Notes under the pieces: model-generated
What the model was told of the DNA's origin: nothing
Databases searched by the model: none
What the model saw: the letters and a program-made list of their open reading frames with translations, nothing else
Translations under genes and position numbers: made by a program
Part shown: positions 1-11,149 of the stretch, in pieces
Numbering within the stretch: the first letter of the stretch is position 1
How the letters are laid out: every line of letters starts with the position of its first letter
Assembly: GCA_030264375.1 (NCBI GenBank)
Contig: JASCQW010000162.1
Coordinates: forward strand, 42,790,411-42,852,939
Direction: 5' to 3'
Origin: Carcharhinus longimanus
Taxonomy: Eukaryota
Length of the DNA stretch: 62,529 bases

Positions 1-413
1 CTCCAGCAGCCCCCTCCCCCGCCTCACCCCCCACCTCCATCTGACCGAGCAGTTGGTTACCATCTCTCAGCTTCTTCAATCCTGTCTCTGCCAGAAGATT
101 TCCTACTATTGTCTATTTTGATAAAATGGATCAAAGAAACAAAGAGATTGGGAAATCACACCATCACATACATTAAAAGTAATTCAAAATATCTTCTGCT
201 TATGAAGAGGCTGTGAGAAGAAATTAGTGCAGTTTGCCTATCTCTCTCCTGTCTGCAATACATGGAAGATCTTCATTCCTAATCCTGCTCCTCATATCCC
301 ATTTCCTCTTCATCCGAAGCTCTCATCTATTCCCAGCTGCTGATGGTACGAGCATGCATCTTTTACTTCCCCAACCCTGCAAAACTTCCTTACCCTGTGC
401 CTTTTCTTTTCAG

Positions 414-770
414 CTACCCAAGATGTCCATCTTGGCCAGGTGGTGCAGGACCTCCAACAAGGGAGTGATGATGAAGTCACAGCACAATTACTTGACTTTG
501 CAGTTGTAGTCACCAGCTTAAACACTGATACTGCACATGCCATAGAGTATAGAATAGGATTGACTTTTTCATGTGTTAAGGCACCAGGCAAGAGTGGGTT
601 GCAGTCAGAACAGGGGGTAAGGATAACAAGTTTGCATACTGGTTCTGCTGCAGACGACTCAGGTAAAGGCTTCAAAATGACAGCCTGTGCAATAACGCTG
701 ATGGATATGCACCGTGAAATATCTGATGCATTGGGAAACCTGACAAAATGTCTGGGTTCAATGTCGAGGA
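414..770 (+). mobile_element. Probable remnant of the accessory (Myb/SANT-type) protein gene of a PIF/Harbinger transposon
   Basis: A polypyrimidine tract plus CAG at 401-413 is followed by an open frame (..VQDLQQGSDDEVT..TLMDMHREISDALGNLTKCLGSMSRS). It resembles the C-terminal low-complexity/coiled-coil part of shark Harbinger accessory ORFs as I recall them. The Myb domain itself is not seen. Confidence 0.4.
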
Positions 771-2694
771 GCAGAATACCCCGTAATGAAACATTCCCAA
801 TCTTGGCGTGTCCAAGTTCTTTAAAAATCTGTCCTGTTGTAAGAATATTCTCAGCAATTTTTCCAACCTTTCTGAACAATTTCATGCACAAGATGAAATA
901 TTTCTTCGCACATTTCAAATATGTTTCCATCAATATTCAAAAAGCTGGTCAGATGAGAACAATTTTATTGTTACCGCATTTTGACAATTCTATTCACCTG
1001 ATGCTCCATGATTGTATGTTATCCAGGTCATTCCATGATCTTGGGTTTAAAAGAGTCTGAAAGATGTGTAACTCTGAAACACAGCAGGTGCGAGTGAATT
1101 ATGTTACCATTGCAGTTCAAATCTCAGGTTGGCTTTCTTAACCTCTGACCTCAAGAGGATGTAGTACTCAGTTCAATGATGTTTGTCGCAAGGCAGGATT
1201 CCAACGTTCAGATTTCATGGTCGAGAGTAGTGATTATTGAAGTCACTTTACTTGTTCAATTTCAGAGCTTTAATCCAACTTTAGTCTTCATTTTGAAGAA
1301 TACTTTTGACAAAAAGCTGCTTGAATTGGAATTTTTCAAACATGTGCAAGCTTGTGCATTGAATTTCTGGAGCTTTTGGTCAAGATTTTAAATTTATTAA
1401 TAACTATTTGAACATGAATTTAACTTTCTCTGTCCGTATATTTTACTTTATTGCACAGCTCTCACTATAAAACTGAAACAATAAAATTATGCTGATAAAC
1501 TATGCCACTTTCGTTAATTAAAGTCACACTTAAAACGTGCATTAAAACATGTACTGTTTATTTGTTCTATGTCCTATGTTCACCCAAGTGTTTGAAGCAT
1601 TGTGGAATAATTAGCAAAGCAAAAATAATCTAGATGGATTCAAGTTGCTTTCCTGAAAGAGAACAGCTGGAGGAAAATTGAAAGATGTAGATAAATGGGG
1701 CTGATCTATTAAAAAGGGATCTATTTTATTTCATTGCTTAAAAAGAAATTTGAAATGATAGGTCTATTCCTAACCTGTCACTGGTCTTCAACTGGCTGAC
1801 TAATTGATAGACCAATGAACTGCACATCATAAAGATCAATGAGTGTTGTGAAGAAAGTAGGTCATAAAAGCAGTGGTGTTCCAGCTGGTAATACTGCTGG
1901 AGGTTTATTCAAATCAAATCAAACCATTAATCACTTAAAATTGGTTGATTCAGTTGCTCTTGTAAAGGTCATTGTGAGTAGAATTTTGTTTTAGACCATT
2001 TGAGTACAGATCTCCTTAGCAGGTTTCTACTAGGAAAATATAATGGCTAAATGATTATATAGTCAGAATGCTTAAAGATTTGGGAATAGAGGCTTAAGAA
2101 CAAAAATATAAGTACATTTTGTTCCTTCACTTTTACTGTTCTTTAATTCTCCAGTTATTACATAAAACATTTTAGTCTGCCTGGTAATACAGAGAAGTTT
2201 TTTTTCTGCCCGATAGGTTTCTACATGCCTAACCATGGCAGCTATCATTATTTTCTTTTATCTTCAGACAGTGCATGTCAGGGCCATATTGTTGACTGGG
2301 TTTAGAGTTTATGCTACGGAATGTGTGTATTTACTGATAACAGCTCAGACTTGATTGAGCACATTGCTGGCTATGAAATTGGCAGGAACAGAACAGTATT
2401 CATGTTACAGTAATTCAGAAATCATCTGATTCAAAAGAAGAATGATAGAGTTTTGTTTTATCTATTTATTGTCATTTTAATTTGGCTTTCTGTTTAGCTG
2501 TTAAGTAATTCAGATAATAAATCTCCACCACCGCTGTGGTTTCCCTCGTATCATGTCTGGGTCTGTTGTAGACTAATTGCTATGATTAGTCAACAATTCC
2601 ACTGTGTATCAAGAGACCAGTAGAATAGCAGGAGTGAAGCAGATGAACATCGATTTCGTCTATATTCCTCTGTCCCTACACATGGTTACATGTG

Positions 2695-2820
2695 TTACAG
2701 CCATTCACGCCGGCGGGATTTTCCCATCCTGCTGCAGTGAACGGAGATGTGGCTGGGCACCAAATTCACCAACCTCGCTGCAGCAGGAGCATGGTGTGAA
2801 CAACCGATAAGTTTGCACCT
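2695..2820. mobile_element. Short GC-rich MITE (Harbinger-type)
   Basis: Subterminal inverted repeats ttacagccattcacgcc / ggtgtgaacaaccgataa, forming a GC-rich island in AT-rich DNA. Confidence 0.55.
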
Positions 2821-3104
2821 TCGGTCTTTACTGTGCTTCTGCCAGGAAACAACAGGCAGAGGACAAGGAATGAGAAAAGCAAGAACAAAGAAAAGAGGAG
2901 GGGAACTCAATAGGTTGGAATCATCATTTTCAAAATTAATAGCAAATAGTGCACAGCACTCTGTGTGAAATTACTTCCAGCAAGGAATACCAAGTTAGTA
3001 AAAGCAAAATACTGCAGAAGCTGTAAGTTCAAAATATAAACAGAAAATGTTGGAAACAAACTCAGTGAGTCTGGCAGCATCTATGGAGAGAGAAACACAG
3101 TTAT

Positions 3105-4481
3105 GGGCCTGATTTTACCATCACGTTGCGCCCATTTTGTGGCGCGAAAGCTTGATAAAGTCGGATATGAGGCGGGTAGCGCAATCCACACCCACTCCAT
3201 GCCAGTACCTCTTTACCAAGGCCTGAAAATGGCCGAGATCGGGATCACGCCTCAAACGGGCGCAACAGCCATTTAAATGCATTTGCATGAATTTAAACTG
3301 ATTTAATGGGCTGCACACCCAATCTCACCTGCACTTTCCCCTTTACTACCGTGTTCGCCCATCCAGGTTCGGTCCGAAAGAAACATGTTCTACAAATGTC
3401 CGATTCAGGCGAGTGAGGAGGTAAGTGTTGAATGTCCGACGGCTCTCTGCTTGAGATCAGTGGGGGGGAAAGGGGGTAAGGTGGGTCAGATGGCTCTGTG
3501 CTTGAGATTGGTGGGGGAAGGGGCAGCAGGATCCGCAGCCACTCTGCCTGTGATCAGTGAGGGGGAAAGGAGGGTCCGCTACCGCTCTGCCTCCTAATCA
3601 ATGAGGAGAAGGAAGGGTTTGCTGCCTCTCTGCCTGTGATCAATGAGGGGGAAGCGGGGGTCTGCTGCCACACTGCCTGTCATCAGTGAGGGGGAATGGG
3701 GGTCCACTTGGTAAACCTGATCAATAAAACTTTTCATATTTGGGTTGAAATTGTGATGTATAATTCATTCATAACATCCAATTAAATTTCTTCATATTTT
3801 AACAAAGTCATTGGCCCATTTAAATGGAACAACTTCATTGCCACTCTGCCTGTGATCGGTGNNNNNNNNNNNNNNNNNNNNNNNNNNNNNNNNNNNNNNN
3901 NNNNNNNNNNNNNNNNNNNNNNNNNNNNNNNNNNNNNNNNNNNNNNNNNNNNNNNNNNNNNTCTGCCTGTGATCAGTGAGGGGGGGGTAGTGTGCTGCCA
4001 CTCTGCCTATGATCCGTGAGGGGAACGGGTGGGGTCTGCTGCCAGTCTGCCTGTGAACAGTGAGGGGGAAGGGGGAGTTTGCTGCCACTCTTGTTTGAAA
4101 TCACTGGGGGGAAGAAGGGAGGGGGCCCTGATTAGTCTGAGTGGCAGGTGGGTGAGGGACTAAGGGGGTCAGTAATGATGTAGGAATGGGGCAATGTCTG
4201 TGGGGGCCAGGGGGGAGCATTATCTGGCCCTGAGTGATGTGGTAGGGGAGCCACACATTCTACCTTGCGCATGTGCAGTTGGGGGCGCCAATTGGAGCTG
4301 CAGGGTTTCTGGTGCATTAAGTCCCGCCCACAGGCTTCTATAGTGCAATTCACAACTGCTGATATTTTTGCTGGCAGAGTGCATATGGGGGCGCCTGAGA
4401 TTGGGTCTAAAAGTTGGATCTGAAACACCCCCAGTTTCAAATTCGTCCAACACTTAGAATCAAAAGGGTAAAATAGGGCCC
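3105..4481. mobile_element. Non-autonomous PIF/Harbinger-type DNA element (large MITE)
   Basis: TIRs GGGCCTGATTTTACC (3105) and GGTAAAATAGGGCCC (ends 4481). Flanks tat/aat fit a diverged 3-bp TSD. The host element resumes on either side. Confidence 0.8.
3440..4125 (+). repeat. G-rich minisatellite (about 40-bp unit) inside the MITE
   Basis: Repeated unit gctgccactctgcctgtgatcagtgagggggaagggggtc. Interrupted by an AT-rich insert (3709-3830) and an N gap. Confidence 0.9.
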
Positions 4482-4734
4482 AATGTTTTGAGTCCAAATG
4501 ACCATATGGCTCTGATGAAGTCATACAAAGGTTAACTCTGTCCCTCTCTCCACTGAAACTGCCAGACCCGCTGAGGTTTTTCAGCATTTTCTGTCTTTAT
4601 TGGAGTACAGAGTTCAATTTAAATAGGCCAATGACTTTGTTAAAAATAAGAAGAAATTTAATTGGACATTGTGAATGAATTAAACATCACAATTTCAACC
4701 CAAATGTGAAAAATATTATTGATCAGGCTTACCA
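3709..4734. repeat. Inverted duplication: 3709-3830 is the reverse complement of 4612-4734
   Basis: tggtaaacctgatcaataa..tttgggttgaaattgtgatg..aacaaagtcattggcc matches the reverse complement of ggccaatgactttgtt..catcacaatttcaacccaaa..ttattgatcaggcttacca, roughly 85-90% identical by eye. Confidence 0.92.
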
Positions 4735-5849
4735 GTAGAATTAAAATACAAATTTAGTATATTGATGTATGTTTGTCTACAACAGGGAGGGCACACAAAG
4801 TTTCCTATAACATTTTAGATGTTATTTTAATTCGGAAAATGTAATCTAATTCTTCAATCTATCTAAGCGTTTAACTTAATTAACTTAAAATGAAGTCCCA
4901 CTGAAAGCCTTGTGGAAGATATCAGTTCTTTTGATTTTTACAATGTGCTTGCTGCCAGCTTGTTGCTTTCATTAAGTGCTGCAAAGATTAAATAAACACC
5001 AGAAACTCGGTCCAGCTCACGTACTGTTAAAGAGTCAAATATTCCACTCTGAACTTAGCCTTTAAATATGGAGAGGTTCCACTGGATTTTATTACTGATG
5101 TTGAATGAAGTGGCGCTTTTCTCGTTCACAGCTGAAAGGACCAACATCTGTTGGAATGCCCGCTTCAGAAAGCTGGGGCTAACTGTCTCTTCATCTGCAC
5201 TTTTAACCTCTTGACTTTGAACATTTTCCAAACAAACACCAATTACCACCTGCGCTTCACACTTTATAAAACCTGGTGATGGTACCTGAGGGCCACCTTA
5301 AAACAACTAATGTGCATTTTATCAATCATGAAATATTTAAAATTCTTCGTATTTTAACTAAAATAGGATAAAATGGAAGAGATCAAGTACGTATTTCATC
5401 CAGCAAGAAATATTTGATATTACTTGGTTATGTCTCTCAGATTATGGAATGTCCAGTATATAATGTGTGGCTATAATGAGACATGTGTAGGGAATCTGTA
5501 AGTTTCATTTAGGAAGTGAAATTGAAACTCCAAAGTTCCCCAAGCTAAATCAAATTTTTACTGTAGCTCTAGCTCACTGATTACAGTCGTTGACGTAAGT
5601 GGATAAAGATCACATGCCTATGGCATAATTCATTCTGCCCTTTTAACAGAGGAGTGAACTTGCTTAAAATAAATGGGTTCATACTCATGTTAGACTTACT
5701 GCCCGAGATATGTTGAATAACTTCAGAAAATAGTCCTGTGGTTTGCAGCCCAGGCCTGTTCTTTGCTTTGCAGGCGGTGGGTTAAATTCTGCTATCTGCT
5801 ACTGTAAATGATGGTGCTTGTAGCCAGCATGACGAACCATTCACACACA

Positions 5850-5985
5850 ATCGCTCTGATGAAGGGTCCTCTGGACTCAAAACATTGGCTCTACTCTCTC
5901 TCCACAGAGGCTGTCAGACCTGCTGAGATTTTCCAGCATTTTTCTGTTTTTGTTTCAGATTCCAGCATCCGCAGTATTTTGCATT
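5850..5985 (+). mobile_element. Penelope-derived terminal fragment with a degenerate hammerhead motif
   Basis: CTGATGA-AGGGTC-ctctg-GACTC-AAAA (GAAA box mutated), followed by the family tail ctctctccacag..agacctgctgag..cagattccagcatccgcagta. Confidence 0.65.
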
Positions 5986-6295
5986 TATCATGATGAACCA
6001 CTCATCGGATACATTGATCAGCACAGGGCCTGGTGTTATGAATGGCCAGGGCAGTCAGTGCCGTTGTAAGGGGAAGTGGACGAAAACTGAGTCTGTTGTG
6101 GTACCTTGCAGAATGGCTGAACCTGTGAGAGAGCAACAGGATTTTCTGACAGTTCACTGGCTATCTTGGTGCAATACGTGGAGAATAGGAGGGACATCCT
6201 GCAACCATGAGGGGTGAAGTGGTGAAGAATGCATGAGGCCTTATAAGGTGGATACCGAAGAAGCATCGACAATAAGTAATGATGGAGGGCAATGC

Positions 6296-6915
6296 TAGAG
6301 ACACAGCTCCCTGTACACACCCTGTATCTGGGGTCTCCATTACAGATGTCAGTGCAGCTTTCTCGGAGGTCAACCCATGGAAAGCAACTGGCCCGAATGG
6401 AATACCAGGGCCAGCACTCAGATCCTGCGCGGATCAGCTGGCGGGAGTATTTGCAGACAATTTCAACCCCTCTTTACAACAATCTGAGATCCCTATCTGC
6501 TTCAAGAAGGTGACCATCATCCCCGTACCTAAGGAAAACTAAGCAGCATGCCTCAATGACTATTGTTCGGTGGATCTGACATCTTTCATTATGAAGTGTG
6601 CCGAACGGCTAGTCATGGCACAAATTAATTCCAGCTTTTCCACTTTCTTCCATCAGGAAAAAGATACACAAGTCTGAGATCACGTACCAACTGAGTCAAG
6701 AAGAGCTTCTTCCCTGCTGCCATCAGACTTTTGAATGGGCCTTCCTCATATTAAGTTGATCTTTCTCTACACCCTAGCAATGACTGCATCACTACATTCT
6801 GCACTCTCTTTTTCCCTTCTCTATGAGTGGTATGCTCTGTCTGTATGGAGCGCTAGAAACAATAATTTTCACTGTTTGCTAATGACGTGACAATAATAAA
6901 TCAAATCAAATCAAA
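6296..6915 (+). mobile_element. Rex1/Babar-type LINE fragment, internally deleted
   Basis: VNPWKATGPNGIPG..LRSCADQLAGVF..FKKVTIIPVPK is the pre-RT region. It joins at about 6635 to the 3' end, which finishes in aataataaa(tcaaa)n. Confidence 0.85.
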
Positions 6916-7184
6916 CCTTGATACCTGTTCAACAGATTACTACAGGGCTCCCCCATTTCAGTCAAGGCAGCTGAAATGTTGCTTGTGAAAGTCAATGGTG
7001 TGCTGTAATATTTCTTTTGGCAGCGTAGCTTTTATTGTTGACCTTGTATGTAAATGTAGTAGGTTCTGAACCAGAGTCATGAACTACAGTAGGTTACACA
7101 TTGATATACTTTATCATCCAGTAGCCAGCCTTTGAACTGGCTTTACATGCTGGGTGATATAAAGGTAGTCATGATGTACTCCAC

Positions 7185-7280
7185 ACACCTGACGAAGGAA
7201 CATCGTTTCTGAAAGCTTGTGAGATTACTATCAAATAAACTGGTTGGACTCGAACCTGGTGTTGTGAGACTTCTTACTGT
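7185..7280 (+). mobile_element. Penelope-like element terminus with a minimal hammerhead ribozyme
   Basis: CAC-CTGACGA-AGGAAC-atc-GTTTCT-GAAA-GCTT-GTG, followed by caaataaactggttggact..cctggtgttgt. Confidence 0.75.
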
Positions 7281-7514
7281 GATATAAAGGTAGAACAGAG
7301 GGCGGTCCAGAATGAAGGAATCCTAACTCTACCAGGATGATGGGCAACAATGGGTGTCCTCTGCTCTCTCTCTGTGTTGACCAGCTTTAAATCTGAAATA
7401 AAAATAGAAAACTCTGGAAATACACAGCAGGTCTGCCAGATCTGTGAAAGGAGAAACAAGTTTCATATCAGTTGATCTTTCATCAGATCAGAAAAGTCAC
7501 AGATCTGAAACGTT

Positions 7515-7916
7515 GGGCGAAATTTAATGCCCACCTCCTTAATGATAAGTTTGGTGGTGGGGGCATTTGACCAGGTGGGAGGGTGATGGGTGGGGACCAC
7601 ACCACCTACCCGCATTCACCCTGATTAAACCCCCTCTCTATTGAGATCATTAACCTTTGGCCTGAGACATCCAGAAACAATCTTGGGCCTCAGCTGGGTA
7701 TCATACCAACAGCAGCCGCTATCTCTCTGCTGGCACTGCCATTCTGTTTAGAAGGCCTCGGATTAACGTCTTGGTGGGTGGGACTTCAGTCCCCAGTGTC
7801 CTTGATCCAGGGAAGGTTGCAGGTGTCCAGTTAAGTACCTGAGTGGCTTTTAGTTCCTTCGGCTTTCCTTAGTTCTCCAGCTGCAAGATCTTGCTGTCTC
7901 GGTTAAATAACCCCCC
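7515..7916. mobile_element. Harbinger-type MITE inserted into a palindromic Penelope-derived element (7390-7514 and 7930-8000)
   Basis: Termini GGGCGAAATTTAA and TTAAATAACCCC. The host arms flank it. Confidence 0.6.
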
Positions 7917-8649
7917 AGCCATCCCAACCAACTTGTCTCTGTTTCTCTCTCCTCCAATGCTGCCATCCTGCTGAATGTTTCCAGCATTTTCTGTTTTTAT
8001 TTAAGTCCTGTTCTGAGTTGCAATATTTTTTTCAAATTGTAATTTGTTACAAAAAGTGCCTGCAACTTGATATTAGATTGACCAAATAGATACTTACAAT
8101 TTATTCTTTTGGCTCTTAAAAGTTCGGCATTCACTGTGAACTTACTGTATTTTTCAACATGTCTGGATAGCTTGACCATGTTTAATCAGTTTTCAAAGGG
8201 TCATTGCTTGTACTATAATTCAAAGAAGTCAAAAACGAATTCACAAACTGACTTGCATGTTCTATCAGTGTTCTACAGTTCTGAAGCTGTCAGCATGGAT
8301 TAGCTACAGTTTGCTGCAGCTACCATAAAACTAGAAATGATTCCATTTAACTCAAGGAAATCAGGCAGCAGGAAGTTCCAGCAGAGCTGCACCATTCCTC
8401 AGTGTGCAATCTATTAGTGCTTTCAGTTTGTTCAATTACATAGTTCAGTAAAGGTAAAACTATGTGACTCAGGCCTGTTATAGATGTTTGGACTCTGCTG
8501 TGCTGTGCACTGGATTCAATGTTAGGGATTGGAAAATTACTATGAGTGGAAATTACCAGTAATGGTTTGATTCGCAATAAGTTTGCCACTTTAGCCTTTG
8601 TATGTTGTGTTCTAATGGCCATTGTGTTCTCGCAGTGAAATATGCTTGA

Positions 8650-8768
8650 GCGGCAGGACTTTCCAGCGCGCTGAAAACCGAAAAATCCCATCTGAGGTCA
8701 ATGGACCTTTGCATGTCTGCCCCCTGCCTGCTACGATTCCTGTGGCAGACAGGACGGAAAACTTCCCC
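8650..8768. mobile_element. Short MITE, same family as 45897-46017
   Basis: Shares aaaaccg(a/g)aaaatc..aggtcaa..tttgcatg..gattcct..cggaaaa with the copy at about 45900. Confidence 0.6.
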
Positions 8769-9139
8769 TAGAGATCCCTAAGTTAACCCAGTTGGGCACA
8801 GCCTAGCCCATTATGTGCACTGTGTCCTGTGTCTTAGAATGTTTTTTGTGAATGAAGTATTTGTGAAACCTCTCTTGCTTTATCTGTGCGCAGTCCAGGA
8901 ATCTTGATGAACAGCATTATCAGCCTCTTCTGTGTAATGACATTTGCTATGATGATGCACAGCTCTCTGGATCATCTTTTCCTCTAGCAATGTTTACTTA
9001 CTCCATTATTTTCAGTGAAGTTAGACAACTTTTAATATCAAGAAAATATCTGATTTATATTCGTGTTAAGTTTACAGTACTGGCCTTTCTTCTGTGATTG
9101 AAACAAACACACATCCTAACAACTTTGTACTGACGACAG

Positions 9140-9360
9140 TGGTATATGCTGAAGTAAAGGTCCTGGTAGCTCTCATGTATTATTGCCCAGATGAATATTC
9201 TTCATGTGCATGTCTGGATTGTTCCTTTCTCCCCTGCAGCCAACAGATGCCAAGGCCAATTTTGTGCCCGTACTTCTGCCCCCAGCTGAGATTAACTGGC
9301 TAACTCAACACAGATTACATGTTGAACTAGGGACCTCCATGTCTGTACTGCTCAGTACTA
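9140..9360 (-). mobile_element. Old tRNA-derived SINE remnant
   Basis: The minus strand shows a B-box-like ggtccctagttcaac followed by ctgtgttgagttagcc..atctcagctgggg. Confidence 0.35.
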
Positions 9361-10399
9361 GAAAAGGGTGCAAATATACTTTGAATTAGGAGAGTCCCCT
9401 ACATGTATCGTTACCATAAAATCCAGAAAATGCAAAACTATTAAACTTGATATTTTAGATCATTAATATGTTTAATTTCCTACTGCTTTTTAAAATTATA
9501 CATAAAAGTATGATGTTAACTGCATGTATAGTATTATTGTATTGAAGATCTAATAGCAGTGAGATTCTGAATAAATATTTGACCAAAGAATATTTTGTCC
9601 AAATCATGTTCCTCGGTAGATTTGATTTGACCAGGATCATTGCATCCTAGAGCTGAGATGTACAATCTTTGTGATTTATGTTTGCATAGAATAATTGATA
9701 TTTGATTGATCAGTTACATTAGTCATTATCACCATTAAATAGCTGTGAGGATTAAGTAAGATGCTGGAATTTTTTATCCAGAATTAGAGTATGATCTGTT
9801 AGCCTAATCATTCCAAAGAAGAAGAAAGCTGTTTCAGATCAGCTTAATCTCTGAAATATTAATTGGAATGGTTTGTTTTGAAACAGTAGTGGGTAAACAA
9901 CAGTGCTAATGAGAGTAAAGATCTTGGTACAGAAGAAGGTTATCTATGCAATCTGTCACCAAATTCAGATGCCAAATTGTCATCTGGTATTTAATATCTT
10001 CTCAATTGGCAGTTGTCCATGCCTTTTGCTTCAATATGAAAATGGCTACAGTTCTCCTTTAATTCTTGCACTCAATTGTGTCATTCACAATACTGTGAAG
10101 GGACAGAAACCTGACTGGAGGGCTATTAATGGGATGTTACTGGAAAAATTGACATGGATTGGAAACAACCAGACACACAAGGACATTCAAGAGAAAAGGT
10201 AGGTTGGGACAGTAATTTGCAAGGATAAACGAGATTCTAGTATTAATTGGGATAAAGCCACCTTTAAAAGTAAAAGTATGCAAAATTCTTAAAAAACATT
10301 CAAGAGATTCTTTAGCCTGAATATGCAAGCCCAACAAGAGAAAGCACTGTTTGGAAATGAAGCTGGGCACATGGAAGGATACCATTGAGAGTGTATTTT

Positions 10400-11120
10400 T
10401 GCTCTAACTAATTCAGTTACACTTAGTGTAGTTATTGATGAGGACAAATACGAAAGCAAGATTAAGAGGTTTAAATTGGGGTAATTTTACAAAACTGAGA
10501 TAAGATTTGGCAAATCTTAAAGTGGACTGGAAAAGTTAGCTGAAGCTAAAGACGTGGCAGAGCAATGGGAGGCATTCAAAAACAAGCGACAGAGGGTTGA
10601 GAACAAATAGTTTCCCAGAGAGCAAAAGGATAGGACTCCCAAACCTAGACTGTCTCCGCGATGATAAAAAGCACACAGGGAGGGATAAGGCAAAAACAAG
10701 GAAGCCAGTGTCAGTTATTGAGAACTCTATACTGGCCAAAGCCTAGAAGCATATAGAAAGTGCAGGGCTGAAATTAGAAGGAACTTAGGAAAGCAAAGGG
10801 AATGAATACAAGATATTGGCAAGTAAAATCAAAGAAAACCTAAAATACTTTATAAGTGCATAAAGAGCAAGAAATAGGGCCAGTCAGAGAACAAAAATAT
10901 AACATGTGTGGGCATCATATCTGTCTTCACGTGATGCAGACATTCTCATTAAGAAGGAAGATGGTGAAATATCAGATGGAGTAAATGATGAGAGAGAAAA
11001 TGTTAAGGAGTTTAACACCTTTGAAGTTGATAAGTCACAAGATCCAGATGAAATATAACCCAGACTGCTGAGAAAAACAAGGCAAGAAAGACTGGACATT
11101 CTGACCAACATCTTCCAATC
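10400..11120 (+). mobile_element. Decayed CR1 LINE ORF2 fragment
   Basis: Degenerate IKENPK.FY and LKVDKSQDPDEI.PRLL motifs with many stops. Confidence 0.7.
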
Positions 11121-11149
11121 CTTAAAATGAAAGAAAAATACTGTGGATT

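Larger units (their letters stand above)
3003..4600. mobile_element. Palindromic Penelope-derived non-autonomous element (arms 3003-3104 and 4482-4600) split by a MITE
   Basis: Left arm acagaaaatgttggaaac..tctggcagcatctatggagagag is the inverted copy of right arm ctctctccac..tgccagacc..cagcattttctgt. The same family recurs at about 5850, 7390, 13090, 27225, 35915, 52955 and 54828. Confidence 0.7.

Noticed and set aside
310-933. Minus-strand 207-aa ORF containing VNPILYS, resembling the GPCR NPxxY motif
   Set aside because: There is no series of transmembrane helices and no DRY or CWxP motif. The region is better explained as the antisense of a transposon-derived frame.
3440-4125. Repeat array with an intervening unique segment, resembling CRISPR
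   Set aside because: It is a degenerate head-to-tail minisatellite with no regular spacers and no cas genes, in a vertebrate context.
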